Assembly (NCBI GenBank): GCA_947630185.1 | Contig: CANRGT010000006.1 | Location: forward strand, 6,186 to 70,185 | Reading direction: 5' to 3' | From: an uncultured Clostridia bacterium | Lineage (GTDB): Bacteria > Bacillota > Clostridia > TANB77 > CAG-508 | DNA: 64,000 nucleotides | Position numbers and translations under genes: made by a program | Shown here: positions 30,260 through 42,262 of the stretch, piece after piece | Numbering within the stretch: the stretch's first letter is position 1 | Layout of the letters: each line of letters begins with the position of its first letter | Notes under the pieces: generated by a model | What the model saw: the letters and a program-made list of their open reading frames with translations, nothing else | Database searches by the model: none | Told to the model about the DNA's origin: nothing

Positions 30260-32939
30260 TCATTCTATAAACTCTTTAATTCTAACCCTACCTTTATAAT
30301 CCAAATTAAGTATTATTTCTCCGCTTCTATCTGTTCTATAAATTCTTGTACCAATTACTTTAAGCCTTTCTAAAACGCCATCATTTGGATGTCCAAAGTG
30401 ATTATTTTCTCCTACACCTATTAAAGCAATCTTTGGCTTAACCATTTCTATAAAACTTTGAGTTGATGACGATTTGGAGCCATGATGTGCAACTTTTAAA
30501 ATGTCAGCTTTTAATTCTGTCGTTCCTAAATAAAGCTCTACTAATCTATTTTCTGCAATTTCTTCAATATCGCCTGTGAAAAGAATTGTGAAGGGGTTAG
30601 TTTTTAGATTTTTTTGATAACAAAACTTAGCTACGATTGAGTTATTATTTAAAATGTTTTGTGAAATTAAATCATCTTGAGGAAAAAGTATTTTGAAATA
30701 AGAATTTTTATCAATTTGAATTTTATCTCCAGCTTTTACTTTTATTACATTTGTTTTTAATTTTTTTATTAGAGTAAGTAGTTTTTGAAGATTTGCACTA
30801 TCTTTTCCTTGTTTAGAAATTATAATATTTTTTACTTTTATTTTTTCTAACAAAGTAAGTAGCCCGCCCACAATGGTCTGTATCTAGGTGGGAAAAGAGC
30901 ATATAATCTATTTGCATTATATTATTATCTAACAAAAATGGCAGTAGTGTTTTTTCTCCAACATCAAAACTACCTACTTCACTTCCGCCACCGTCTATCA
31001 AAATTGTTTTCCTTGATGGTGTTTCTATTAAAGTGCTGTCTCCCTGTCCTACATCAATAAATTTAAGGCTTAAATTTGACATTGGAAATTTTATAAAATA
31101 TGGTGCTAAAATTAAGAATATTATTAAAATAAAAATTATATTTTTAAGTTTTATGAATGTAATTATAGGCTTAATTTTTGACTTATTTAAGAGTTTATTT
31201 TTTAATTTGCCTAGTGCAACTAATATTTGCATAACTATTCTATTTTGCAATTTGTACTCATCTAAAGTTCTAATTAAATTTTGTACTAATTGACTTATTT
31301 GATTTTTAAATTTATAGAATATTAAAAGTAAATAATATAAAAATATTTGCCACATATTTGGTGTTGGAATTATAATTTGTGAAAATGGAAGTTTGCCTGT
31401 TATTTTCGCAATAAATGTTAAAAGCTCTAAAATCGGACTTAATATAAAAGAAATAATTACTGCTAGTGGTTTAAATATGAGTAGAAGAAATATAAATATC
31501 ATGCTTCCTATTAAGCTAACTGCTAGTATTGGTGAGGCTAATAAATTTGAAATTATGAAGGTTAATGAAATAGTATTAAAATGATATACCATAATTGGAA
31601 GAATTATTAAATTTGCCGATATTGAAACTTCAGTAATTGGTTTTATGTATGAAAAAATTCTTGAAAATATTTTTGACTTACATTTTTTATTTTCTTCTAT
31701 TACTTTATTAACAATATTTTTCTTGTTTATTCTTTCTATATTCTGGTTTTCTAGTTTTTTATTCATTAGTAGAATAATTCCGATTGTTCCACCAAACGAA
31801 AGCTGAAAACCGATATCTAATATATAATATGGATTTATAAGTAATATGATTATACTACTGATTGCTAAGCTAGTATAAACATTTGGCTTTGTAAAAAATA
31901 TATTAGAGGCTAATGTTAAAATGCACATTATGCATGCCCTTGTAACAGATGGTGTAAAACCTACAAGCATCATAAAGAAAACTAAAAATAATATAACTAA
32001 AACATTGCCCCACCTTTTATGGACTCTTAAAAATTGAAATAGGCTAGTAATTCCAAGCAGTATATATGATACATGTGCCCCAGATATAGCCAGCATATGT
32101 GATAAATTGCTTTGTCTAAAACTATCTTGCACTTCTTCTGAAATATATGATTTATCTCCTAATATTAAACCTATACAAAGTGATGAAACTTTTTCTGGTA
32201 AAACTTTTCTTATTTTTTCTATTAAAATTTTCTTTAAATCATGGATACACTTTTGAATTAAACCTATTTTATTATTTTCTATTACTTTTACACTTTTAGC
32301 AGTTATAATTCCTGAAATTTCTTTTTCTTTTAAATACATGCTGTAATCAAATCCGCCTTCATTTCGTGCTACTTCCGGCTCTTCATATATGCCAGTAATC
32401 TCAACTTTATCACCATAATTTAATTGGTTTATGTTATTAGTATTTTTCTTTATATATAATAGTAACTTTGTAGATATCTTATTATCTTTTGCCGTTAGTT
32501 TATTTTTTTCTTCAGTTCGCTCATTTTTTTCTTGTAGCTTGTTTTCTTGTAGACTGTTTTCTTGTAAGTTGCTCTCTTGTAGGCTGTTAGATAAAGCTTC
32601 AATGCTTAATACCTTAATTGTATATACGTCTTTATATTCCTGTTTTTCTGCATCAGTAACTATTATTGCTTCTAACTTTAATTCATCATTATCATACTGA
32701 TATATTCTGTTATATTTACTTTCTAAAAAAACTACATATAAATAAAAAATCGATATACTTATAAAAAATATTAAGCATAAAGCTATATTTTTCTTTATAA
32801 GCACTTTCTTACATGTAAATATTAGTAACAGAAATATAAAAGAAATTAGAAACACAAAAAAGGCTATACCTTTTAAGTATAGCCCCATTATAATTCCTAA
32901 AATAGTTCCTATTGAGGCAACACACATCTTCATTGTCAA
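30260..32939 (-). CDS. comEC: DNA uptake protein ComEC/Rec2, split by a +1 frameshift at ~30866 (pseudogene, programmed shift or sequence error)
   Basis: ORF1: OB fold, HMLAISGAHV, PSVTRA, DIGFQLSF, FIDVGQGD, SHLDTDH; ORF2 continues GGLL...NNNSIV, LFTGDIE, KVAHHGS, FGHP, YRTD. Confidence 0.9.
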
Positions 32940-33081
32940 ATTCCTTTCGTTTACCCCAATTTTGTCTTTTTATTTTATAATTCTAATAAATTACTTTAAT
33001 TTGTTTTTTATTTAATTCTATGATTATTTGCATTTTTTGTTTAATAAAATAATTAATATTATATTTAATATTTTTATATAA

Positions 33082-34815
33082 TTAAATTACTCTAAGACCT
33101 GCGTAAAATCTACCTTTATACATTGTATTCAAACTAGAAATAGTTACTGTATACGTTGTTGTAGATGCGTGTATAAACTCTCCATCACCTATATAAATTC
33201 CGCAGTGTCCTATTCCTACCCCTGTTTCATAATCTGTTAAAAATACAATGTCTCCTGCTTTCAAATCACTTTGTTTTGTAATTTTAGTTCCTTTTCCACT
33301 ATTATATTGTGAAGTTGCACCATGTGGAAGACTTATTCCAAAATTTTTAAACACATACATTGTAAAGCCTGAGCAGTCAAATGTTTTGTTTGAGCCATCT
33401 CCACCATATACATATTTACAACCTAAATATTTTTTTGCATAGCTTATTACTTCTGATGCATTAATTGATTTAGAACTTGTACTTTCATTTTTACTATCTT
33501 TTGAAGTTTCTTCTGTTTTAGAAGTGTTACTATTTTGAGTCTCTGTACTCTTTGTTTCTGTTTTCTGAGTAGTTGTTTCTTCTTTATTTGAAGCATTGGC
33601 ACCGTTTGTAGTTGTTTTACTTGATGCATTATCGCTATTTGTAGTTGCTTTGCTTGATGAATTATCACTATTTGTCTTGCTTGTACTAGTAGTTGTAGTT
33701 TTTGTAGCGTTTTCAGCTAAATCTTTGTTAGTTTCAGTAGCTCCTATAATTATAGTATTATCAGACTTTTCTTTTTCCTCATCATCTAAAGTTCTAGGGT
33801 TACTATTTCCTCTTGTAGAAGTAATTTTAGTATCTGACACAAATTCTTTAGAAATATAACCTGTATCATTTCCAGCTTTTACTTGATACCATGTTCCTTC
33901 TTCTTTAAGAATTGTAACTTTAGTGTTTAAGTAAAGAACTTTAACAACATTATAATTAGTTCCAGCACCTTTTCTTAAATTAACACCTTGCTCATTAACA
34001 TATCCTACTTTTTCTTCAGAAGTATCATTATCTTCTGTAGCTGTAGTTCCTCCTATAGTCGTAGTTACAGTTTTTGCTTCTCCTAAAGAGCTTGTTCTTA
34101 CCCAACCATTAAATGTATCAGTTTGAATATATGACCATCCTCCTGTTGTTTCAGTAATTACAATAACTTCTACACCTTTTTTTACATTTCCAATTTCACT
34201 TGAATAAATTAGTGGTAAGATTTTTACATCTGTATTTTGTAAAAATTTCTTATATACAACTTTTACTTCTCTTGGCTCTTCTACATCAGAATTATTACTT
34301 TCTGTTTCCGAATTGTTGTCTACATTTTCACTATTTGAATTATTTGCATTTTCATCATTGTTTTGGCTATTTGTAGTTTGATTGTTTGTAGTCTCATTAT
34401 TTGTAGTTTGATTATCTGTAGTTTGACTATTTGTACTTTGGTTATTTGCTTCATTGTTGTTTGTGGTTTCATTGTTTTTATTGTCGCTAGTTTCATTATT
34501 GTTTCCACCACTTAAGTTAGGACTTTCACTATTTTGACTACTATTATCTTCTACTTTTTTAGAGTAATCTTTGCTAATATAACCGGTATAACTTTTATAC
34601 TTTATTTTATACCAACCATCTACTTCTTCTAAAAGTTCACACTCTACACCTTTAGATAACATAGCTATTACTTCTGAACTTGTAGAAGCACCTTTTCTTA
34701 CGTTTATGGTATCTCCTGTAACTTTAACAGTAGTAGCTTGTGAGCATGTAGCCATTATAGATACTGTTGCTACAGTCAATGCTCCTGTTAGAATTACTTT
34801 TTTCATAGTATTCAT
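33082..34815 (-). CDS. SH3b-domain NlpC/P60 cell wall endopeptidase
   Basis: signal peptide; INVRKGAST and VNLRKGAGT SH3b repeats; N/T/S-rich linkers; YVYGG...FDCSGFT...HCGIYIGDGEFIHAS. Confidence 0.93.
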   Translation of the reverse strand: MNTMKKVILTGALTVATVSIMATCSQATTVKVTGDTINVRKGASTSSEVIAMLSKGVECELLEEVDGWYKIKYKSYTGYISKDYSKKVEDNSSQNSESPNLSGGNNNETSDNKNNETTNNNEANNQSTNSQTTDNQTTNNETTNNQTTNSQNNDENANNSNSENVDNNSETESNNSDVEEPREVKVVYKKFLQNTDVKILPLIYSSEIGNVKKGVEVIVITETTGGWSYIQTDTFNGWVRTSSLGEAKTVTTTIGGTTATEDNDTSEEKVGYVNEQGVNLRKGAGTNYNVVKVLYLNTKVTILKEEGTWYQVKAGNDTGYISKEFVSDTKITSTRGNSNPRTLDDEEKEKSDNTIIIGATETNKDLAENATKTTTTSTSKTNSDNSSSKATTNSDNASSKTTTNGANASNKEETTTQKTETKSTETQNSNTSKTEETSKDSKNESTSSKSINASEVISYAKKYLGCKYVYGGDGSNKTFDCSGFTMYVFKNFGISLPHGATSQYNSGKGTKITKQSDLKAGDIVFLTDYETGVGIGHCGIYIGDGEFIHASTTTYTVTISSLNTMYKGRFYAGLRVI

Positions 34816-34996
34816 TAAAGATTTTCTCCTTTATATTTTAGTATATTCGTTATTTTTCCTTAAGTTGCTTACAGTATATAATTAAACTCTAAAAAAGTCA
34901 ATTATTCTACAAAATATTTCACATTATATTTTATTAATTTTTATACTTAAAGAAACTTTTAATTTCTATTTCTTTACAGTTTTTTATTACATAAAA

Positions 34997-35034
34997 AATA
35001 ACAAGGTATTACATTATTTGTAACCCTTGTTATT
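34997..35034 (-). terminator. terminator after tuf
   Basis: aaataacaagg...ccttgttattt hairpin. Confidence 0.6.
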
Positions 35035-35056
35035 TATATATTTAGCTTAAATTTAA

Positions 35057-36259
<1,203 letters not shown>

Positions 36260-36415
36260 TTAATTTTCCTCCTTATTTTAGCTTAGTGGAATTGTTTTTT
36301 ATCTTCCACTTGCTACTTTTATATTTTTTAATATTAAAATCTTGTTTTGTAACACTTGTATTCTATACTATTTTTACTATAAAAGCAAGTGTTTTTTATA
36401 AGTTTTATTTTTATT

Positions 36416-36557
36416 ACAAAATATAGTAACTTGAAGTAGCAACGCGTAGCGTTCAAACGTAGCTACGAAAGTAGCGAAGTGCGCTTGGAGCAACCAACTT
36501 ATAGTACTTAAAAATTGGTTGCGACAACAAGTTGCACGTAAAGTTACTATATTTTGT
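36416..36557 (+). repeat. structured intergenic repeat, copy D (fusA-tuf spacer)
   Basis: 17-bp terminal IR acaaaatatagtaactt, unique to this copy; same core, with gctac-GAAA-gtagc extension. Confidence 0.85.
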
Positions 36558-36580
36558 TGATTTAGAAACTATTATAATAT

Positions 36581-38665
36581 TTACTCTTGTTTTTTAGCTC
36601 TTGATGCAACAATTGTATCAAATACTGATTTTGGAACTTCCTCGTAATGACTTGGTTCCATTGAGTAAGTACCTCTACCTTGTGTTTTTGAACGTAAGTC
36701 TGTTGCATAACCAAACATTTCTGATAGTGGAATAAAGCTTCTGATAACTTGGTTTCCTTGAATAGATTCCATACCTTCTAGCTTTCCACGTCTCGAGTTA
36801 ACGTCTCCAATAACATCTCCCATATATTCTTCTGGAACTGTTATTTCTACTCTCATGATTGGTTCTAGAATAACTGATTTACCTTGTCTACAACCCTCTT
36901 TGAAGGCCATAGATCCAGCAATTTTGAAGGCCATTTCTGATGAGTCAACTTCATGGTATGAACCATCTACTAATGTAGCTTTAAAGTCTATAACAGGGTA
37001 ACCTGCTAATACACCACTTTGAGCTGCCTCTCTAACGCCATCCTCGATTGGTTTAATGTATTCTTTTGGAACAACACCACCAACGATTTTGCTTTCAAAT
37101 TCAATTCCTTTACCTGGCTCTAATGGTTCCATTTCTAGCCATACATCACCGTATTGTCCACGTCCACCAGATTGACGAATGAATTTACCTTGTACTTTAA
37201 CTTTATTTCTAATTGTTTCTTTGTAAGAAACTTGTGGTTTACCTACATTACACTCTACTTTAAATTCTCTCTTTAAACGGTCTACTATAATGTCTAAGTG
37301 TAATTCACCCATACCAGCTATAATTGTTTGACCAGATTCTTGGTCTGTCCATGTTTTGAATGTTGGGTCTTCTTCTGCAAGTTTTGCAAGTGCTATACCC
37401 ATCTTTTCGCTATTTGCTTTATCTTTTGGCTCAATAGCGATATCAATAACAGGCTCTGGGAATTCCATTGATTCTAGAATAACTGGATGTGCTGGGTCGC
37501 AAAGTGTATCACCTGTAGATACTTCTTTTAATCCAACTGCTGCTGCAATATCACCTGCATATACTTTTTCAATATCTTGTCTGTGATTTGCGTGCATTAA
37601 TAGGATTCTTCCCATTCTATCTTTTTTATCTTTATTTGCATTTAATATTGTTGAACCTGCATCTAATGTTCCAGAATATACTCTGAAGAAGCAAAGTTTT
37701 CCAACAAATGGGTCAGTTGCAATTTTAAATGCTAATGCTGAAAATGGTTCTGTATCAGATGTTTTTCTTTCTACTTCTTCTCCATTTTCGTCTACACCTT
37801 TGATATCTGGAATATCAAGTGGTGAAGGCATATAATCTACAACTGCGTTTAATAATTCTTGTACACCTTTGTTCTTATATGATGAACCACAGCATACTGG
37901 AACTATTTTATTAGCTATTGTTCCAATTCTAATACCTTTTTTGATTTCTTCTTCAGATAGTTCTTCACCATCTAAATATTTCATCATTAATTCATCATCT
38001 TGTTCAGCAGCAGCTTCTATTAATTTTGCTCTATATTCTTCTGCTTGAGCTTGTAATTCTGCTGGTATATCACATTCTTCGATTTCTTTTCCTAAATCGT
38101 CTTTATGAATAAATGCTCTCATTTTTACTAGGTCTACAATACCTTTAAAGTTTTCCTCTGAGCCTATTGGTAATTCAATTGGAATAGCATTTGCTTTTAA
38201 ACGATTGCGTAATTGATCAACGCAAAGCATAAAGTCAGCACCTGTTGTATCCATTTTATTAACATATACCATTCTTGGTACCATGTATTTATCTGCTTGT
38301 CTCCAAACTGTTTCTGTTTGTGGTTGAACTCCACCTTTTGCTGCTAAAATTGTAACAGCACCATCAAGTACTTTTAAAGATCTTTGTACTTCAACGGTAA
38401 AGTCAACGTGACCAGGAGTATCGATAATGTTTATACGATTTCCAAGCCATTGGCAAGTAGTTGCTGCAGAAGTAATTGTAATACCTCTTTCTTGCTCTTG
38501 TACCATCCAGTCCATAGTAGCTTCACCTTCGTGAACTTCTCCTATTTTGTGGGTTTTACCTGTATAGAAAAGTATTCTTTCTGTTGTTGTAGTTTTTCCT
38601 GCATCTATGTGAGCAACGATTCCTATATTTCTTGTTTTTTCCAAAGGGAACTCTCTTCCAGCCAC
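36581..38665 (-). CDS. fusA: elongation factor G
   Basis: [47 protein letters not shown]. Confidence 0.99.
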   Translation of the reverse strand: MAGREFPLEKTRNIGIVAHIDAGKTTTTERILFYTGKTHKIGEVHEGEATMDWMVQEQERGITITSAATTCQWLGNRINIIDTPGHVDFTVEVQRSLKVLDGAVTILAAKGGVQPQTETVWRQADKYMVPRMVYVNKMDTTGADFMLCVDQLRNRLKANAIPIELPIGSEENFKGIVDLVKMRAFIHKDDLGKEIEECDIPAELQAQAEEYRAKLIEAAAEQDDELMMKYLDGEELSEEEIKKGIRIGTIANKIVPVCCGSSYKNKGVQELLNAVVDYMPSPLDIPDIKGVDENGEEVERKTSDTEPFSALAFKIATDPFVGKLCFFRVYSGTLDAGSTILNANKDKKDRMGRILLMHANHRQDIEKVYAGDIAAAVGLKEVSTGDTLCDPAHPVILESMEFPEPVIDIAIEPKDKANSEKMGIALAKLAEEDPTFKTWTDQESGQTIIAGMGELHLDIIVDRLKREFKVECNVGKPQVSYKETIRNKVKVQGKFIRQSGGRGQYGDVWLEMEPLEPGKGIEFESKIVGGVVPKEYIKPIEDGVREAAQSGVLAGYPVIDFKATLVDGSYHEVDSSEMAFKIAGSMAFKEGCRQGKSVILEPIMRVEITVPEEYMGDVIGDVNSRRGKLEGMESIQGNQVIRSFIPLSEMFGYATDLRSKTQGRGTYSMEPSHYEEVPKSVFDTIVASRAKKQE

Positions 38666-38721
38666 TATTTTTTCCTCCTTATTTTATTTTAATTTATTCT
38701 TTTTCGTGTTTGATTTTAAAC

Positions 38722-39192
38722 TTAGAATTTGTAATGTGCAAAAGCTCTGTTTGCTTCAGCCATCTTATGCATATCTTCTTTCTTCTTGAATGCTCCACCA
38801 TTTCCTGTTACAGCTTCCATAATTTCATTTGCTAATTTTTCAGCCATTGTTTTTTCATGTCTTTTTCTAGCATAGATAACTAACCATCTTAAACCTAAAG
38901 TTTGTCTTCTTTCTGGTCTAATTTCGATTGGTACTTGGTATGTTGCACCACCAATTCTTCTTGCTTTAACTTCAAGAACTGGCATAACATTTTCAAGTGC
39001 TGCTTGGAAAACTTCTAGTGGATCCTTTTGCTCTTTTTCTTTTATGATGTCAAATGCATCATAAACTATTCCTTGAGCAACTGTTTTTTTACCATCTAAC
39101 ATAACATTGTTAACTAATTTTGTTACAACTTTGCTATTATATATTGGATCTGGTAAAACCTCTCTTTTTGCTATATATCCTTTTCTTGGCAC
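38722..39192 (-). CDS. rpsG: 30S ribosomal protein S7
   Basis: MPRKG..., [22 protein letters not shown]. Confidence 0.99.
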   Translation of the reverse strand: MPRKGYIAKREVLPDPIYNSKVVTKLVNNVMLDGKKTVAQGIVYDAFDIIKEKEQKDPLEVFQAALENVMPVLEVKARRIGGATYQVPIEIRPERRQTLGLRWLVIYARKRHEKTMAEKLANEIMEAVTGNGGAFKKKEDMHKMAEANRAFAHYKF

Positions 39193-39424
39193 TATTCTTC
39201 CCTCCTTTTAATGATTTCATACCATAAAGTATGATTTGGTACTCTGGAAAACTTTAATGTTTTCCCGTATAGCGCTATATAATCTATTATTAAATTTAAG
39301 TACCTTAAATTAGTAATGTATTATTAGCACCATTTCTCGCCTTATTTTTTAAGGCATAATCTTTAATGATTTAAAGATTATTTTTGCTTGTTCTAATTTA
39401 CTTTAGAAGCTTTTAACTAAAGAT

Positions 39425-39838
39425 TTATTTCTTAGGTTTCTTTGCTCCGTATTTAGAACGACCTTGCATTCTGTCTTTTACACCTGCTGTATCTAATGTT
39501 CCTCTGATAATGTGGTATCTAACACCTGGAAGGTCTTTTACCCTGCCACCTCTTATTAGAACAACGCTGTGCTCTTGTAAGTTATGACCGATACCTGGAA
39601 TGTATGAAGTTACTTCATATCCATTAGAAAGTCTTACTCTGGCTACTTTTCTTAAAGCTGAGTTTGGTTTCTTAGGTGTTACTGTTTTTACAACTGTACA
39701 TACACCTCTTTTTTGTGGTGATCTTTTATTAGTAACTCTTTTATTCATTGAATTGTAACCATGTTGTAAAGCTGGTGCTGTTGATTTGCTAGTAGAACTT
39801 TTTCTTCCTTTTCTTACTAATTGATTAATTGTTGGCAC
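39425..39838 (-). CDS. rpsL: 30S ribosomal protein S12
   Basis: [33 protein letters not shown]. Confidence 0.99.
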   Translation of the reverse strand: MPTINQLVRKGRKSSTSKSTAPALQHGYNSMNKRVTNKRSPQKRGVCTVVKTVTPKKPNSALRKVARVRLSNGYEVTSYIPGIGHNLQEHSVVLIRGGRVKDLPGVRYHIIRGTLDTAGVKDRMQGRSKYGAKKPKK

Positions 39839-39983
39839 TTAAATTTCACCTCTTTCCATATTATATTTTTTATTTATCTTACAATAGAATTTTAATTATA
39901 AACCTTATTTTCCGTAGTAAAAACTCACTTTGAATTTTAAGATATATTATTATATGTTCTATTATAAGATTAAAACAAAATAA

Positions 39984-40057
39984 ACCGCTAGGGAAATACG
40001 AGTTTCGTATTTTACACTAGCGGTATATATTTTATCATTTTTATTTAATAAAGTCAA
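39984..40057 (-). promoter_or_regulatory. str operon sigma-A promoter and 5' leader hairpin
   Basis: TTGACT-17-TAAAAT followed by the accgctag...ctagcggt stem-loop. Confidence 0.6.
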
Positions 40058-40096
40058 GAAAAATTAGTTAAGTTTGGCAATATTTGTTATATTTTC

Positions 40097-42091
40097 TTAT
40101 TCACCATATTCTCCGTGATTGCTTGATTCATTTTCTACTTCTACTTCATTTTCATTATTTCCAGATATTACAGTAGGGTTGCTATTGTTTAGACTTTGTT
40201 GTGAAACCTTTAAGCCTTCTTTAAAATCATTTGGCTTGTTTTCTTCTACTGGAGTTTCTGTTGTAGATTCTATTGGCATTTCTGTTGGTTTACCTTCTCT
40301 AAGTTCACTAGCTGGTTCATATTCTGGTACTATAGTTTTAAATTGCTCTAATGGTATATGATTTTCTTCTAACATTTTTTCAAATTCTACTTTATTAAAA
40401 TCATCTTTAGAACTTTCTCTATCATATAATTCTTTAATTTCGTCATTAGTTAATGGATTTATTTTGTCAGATTTTAAAGTTCCTGATGTTATTCTTCTAG
40501 CAAATACATTAGACAATTTTTGTTTTATTCTTTCAAGTATGCTTGGTCTTCCTTCATATGCTTTTAGTAGACCTCTATTATAATTAGCTTTAGCTATTTT
40601 TTGAATAAATTTTATTCTTCTTTTAGCATCTTTATCTGTTGGCATATCATATAATTCACTAAAATCATAACTTATATCTACAGCTGGTTTCTTTCCTTCG
40701 TTTTTTCCTTTCATAAATACAACGTACTTATCAAAGGCTTTAATTTTGCTTTTATTAATAATTTCTTCCGCTTTAGCTTTGTCTTTATCTTCTACTTCAC
40801 TATATGTTTTTTCTACTTTCATTAATAATTCTGCTATATTAGGATCTAAGTATTTGTCTAACTCTTCAATTCTTTCGAAATTTTTTGCATAATTACTATT
40901 TAACCTAGTATGTATATTCTTATCAAGTGTAATAATTTCCTCTTTATCACCATTAACTATAGTTGCACTATAAACTGGTTTTCCATCTTTAGATATAGAA
41001 AATTTAATTTCTTTTAATTCTACTGTATTAGTTTGTTTTTCACTTTCAGTTTTATCTTCGCTTGAACCTACAATTTTAGGATCACTTTGATTATAAGCTT
41101 CAAATTCGTTCTTTTTGCTATTAAGTTCTTCTGCTGCTTTATCTATGCTTTCTTCAGGAACTGTCGTAGTTTGGTTCGGTACTGTCCAATTAACTCTTTG
41201 ACGATGGCCATATCCATATGTATGAACAGTGTTATCACTCTTTGGTTCTGAAACTTGTTTATTTTCTTCTGTTCTTGGTGCTGTTGTTTCAGGCACTTCT
41301 TCTGATTTTTCTTTTTCTGATGTTGATGCTTCTGGTACTTGTTCTGTTTTTTCTGTTTTCTCTGCTTTTTCTGTTTTTTCTACCTCTGGTGCTGGTGTTT
41401 CTAGCACTTCTGTTGTTTCTTCTACAATTTTTTCTTCTTTTTTGCCATCACGAACTTCTACCATAAAATCATCTAAAATTGCTAAATCACTTTCAAACCC
41501 TTCTCTTTGAGTTTCTAAATCTTTTATTTGTTCCTTCTTCTCTCTAGCACTTTGCATGAATTCTCTACTCTTTTTATTAATAAGTTGGTATACATCTTTA
41601 TCAACTTTTAGTTTATATACTTCTATATGATTGCGACGTAATTGCTTAAGTTCTTCTCTTTCAGATTCTATTTTTGCAATTTGATTTTCAATATCCTCAA
41701 TTTGCTTTTCAATTTCATTTTTTCTTTTTTGTAAATCTGAAATAAAGTTCTGTTGAGCCTTTTCTACTTTTTCCTTTCTTTTAGCCAAAGTATTTCTTCT
41801 TCTGGCTCTATTTTCTAAGGATTTTGCAATTTGTCTATTTGAGTCATCGATTGCTTTATAAACACTTGCATCTAATTCCTTATAAAATCCACGTATTGAT
41901 GTTTGTGTATTTAATTTTTCTTCATCTTTTTTTCTTATAATATCTGAATCTTCAATCTCTTTTTCTATTGCATGTATTTGATCTATAAAGTCTCCTTTTT
42001 CTACTTTTAAATTTGTAGGCATTCCTTTTTGTGCATCTTGTAATTTTAAGTTTAGTTCCTCATTTAAAGATTCCTTTGTTATTCTTTCCAT
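40097..42091 (-). CDS. hypothetical coiled-coil, Glu/Lys-rich protein
   Basis: 664-aa ORF with AGGAGG RBS and its own sigma-A-like promoter; no recognisable motif. Confidence 0.75.
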   Translation of the reverse strand: MERITKESLNEELNLKLQDAQKGMPTNLKVEKGDFIDQIHAIEKEIEDSDIIRKKDEEKLNTQTSIRGFYKELDASVYKAIDDSNRQIAKSLENRARRRNTLAKRKEKVEKAQQNFISDLQKRKNEIEKQIEDIENQIAKIESEREELKQLRRNHIEVYKLKVDKDVYQLINKKSREFMQSAREKKEQIKDLETQREGFESDLAILDDFMVEVRDGKKEEKIVEETTEVLETPAPEVEKTEKAEKTEKTEQVPEASTSEKEKSEEVPETTAPRTEENKQVSEPKSDNTVHTYGYGHRQRVNWTVPNQTTTVPEESIDKAAEELNSKKNEFEAYNQSDPKIVGSSEDKTESEKQTNTVELKEIKFSISKDGKPVYSATIVNGDKEEIITLDKNIHTRLNSNYAKNFERIEELDKYLDPNIAELLMKVEKTYSEVEDKDKAKAEEIINKSKIKAFDKYVVFMKGKNEGKKPAVDISYDFSELYDMPTDKDAKRRIKFIQKIAKANYNRGLLKAYEGRPSILERIKQKLSNVFARRITSGTLKSDKINPLTNDEIKELYDRESSKDDFNKVEFEKMLEENHIPLEQFKTIVPEYEPASELREGKPTEMPIESTTETPVEENKPNDFKEGLKVSQQSLNNSNPTVISGNNENEVEVENESSNHGEYGE

Positions 42092-42262
42092 AAATTTTCC
42101 TCCTAAAATTTACTTATCTTCTTTATTATAACACGTATCGACTTTATTTGCAACTATATTATGTAAATTTTATTATTTTGTAACTAAAATTTAACATTTT
42201 TGTCATATTTTAATACTTATATTGCTACTAATCTAATATTTATATGGTTATTTTCATTTATT

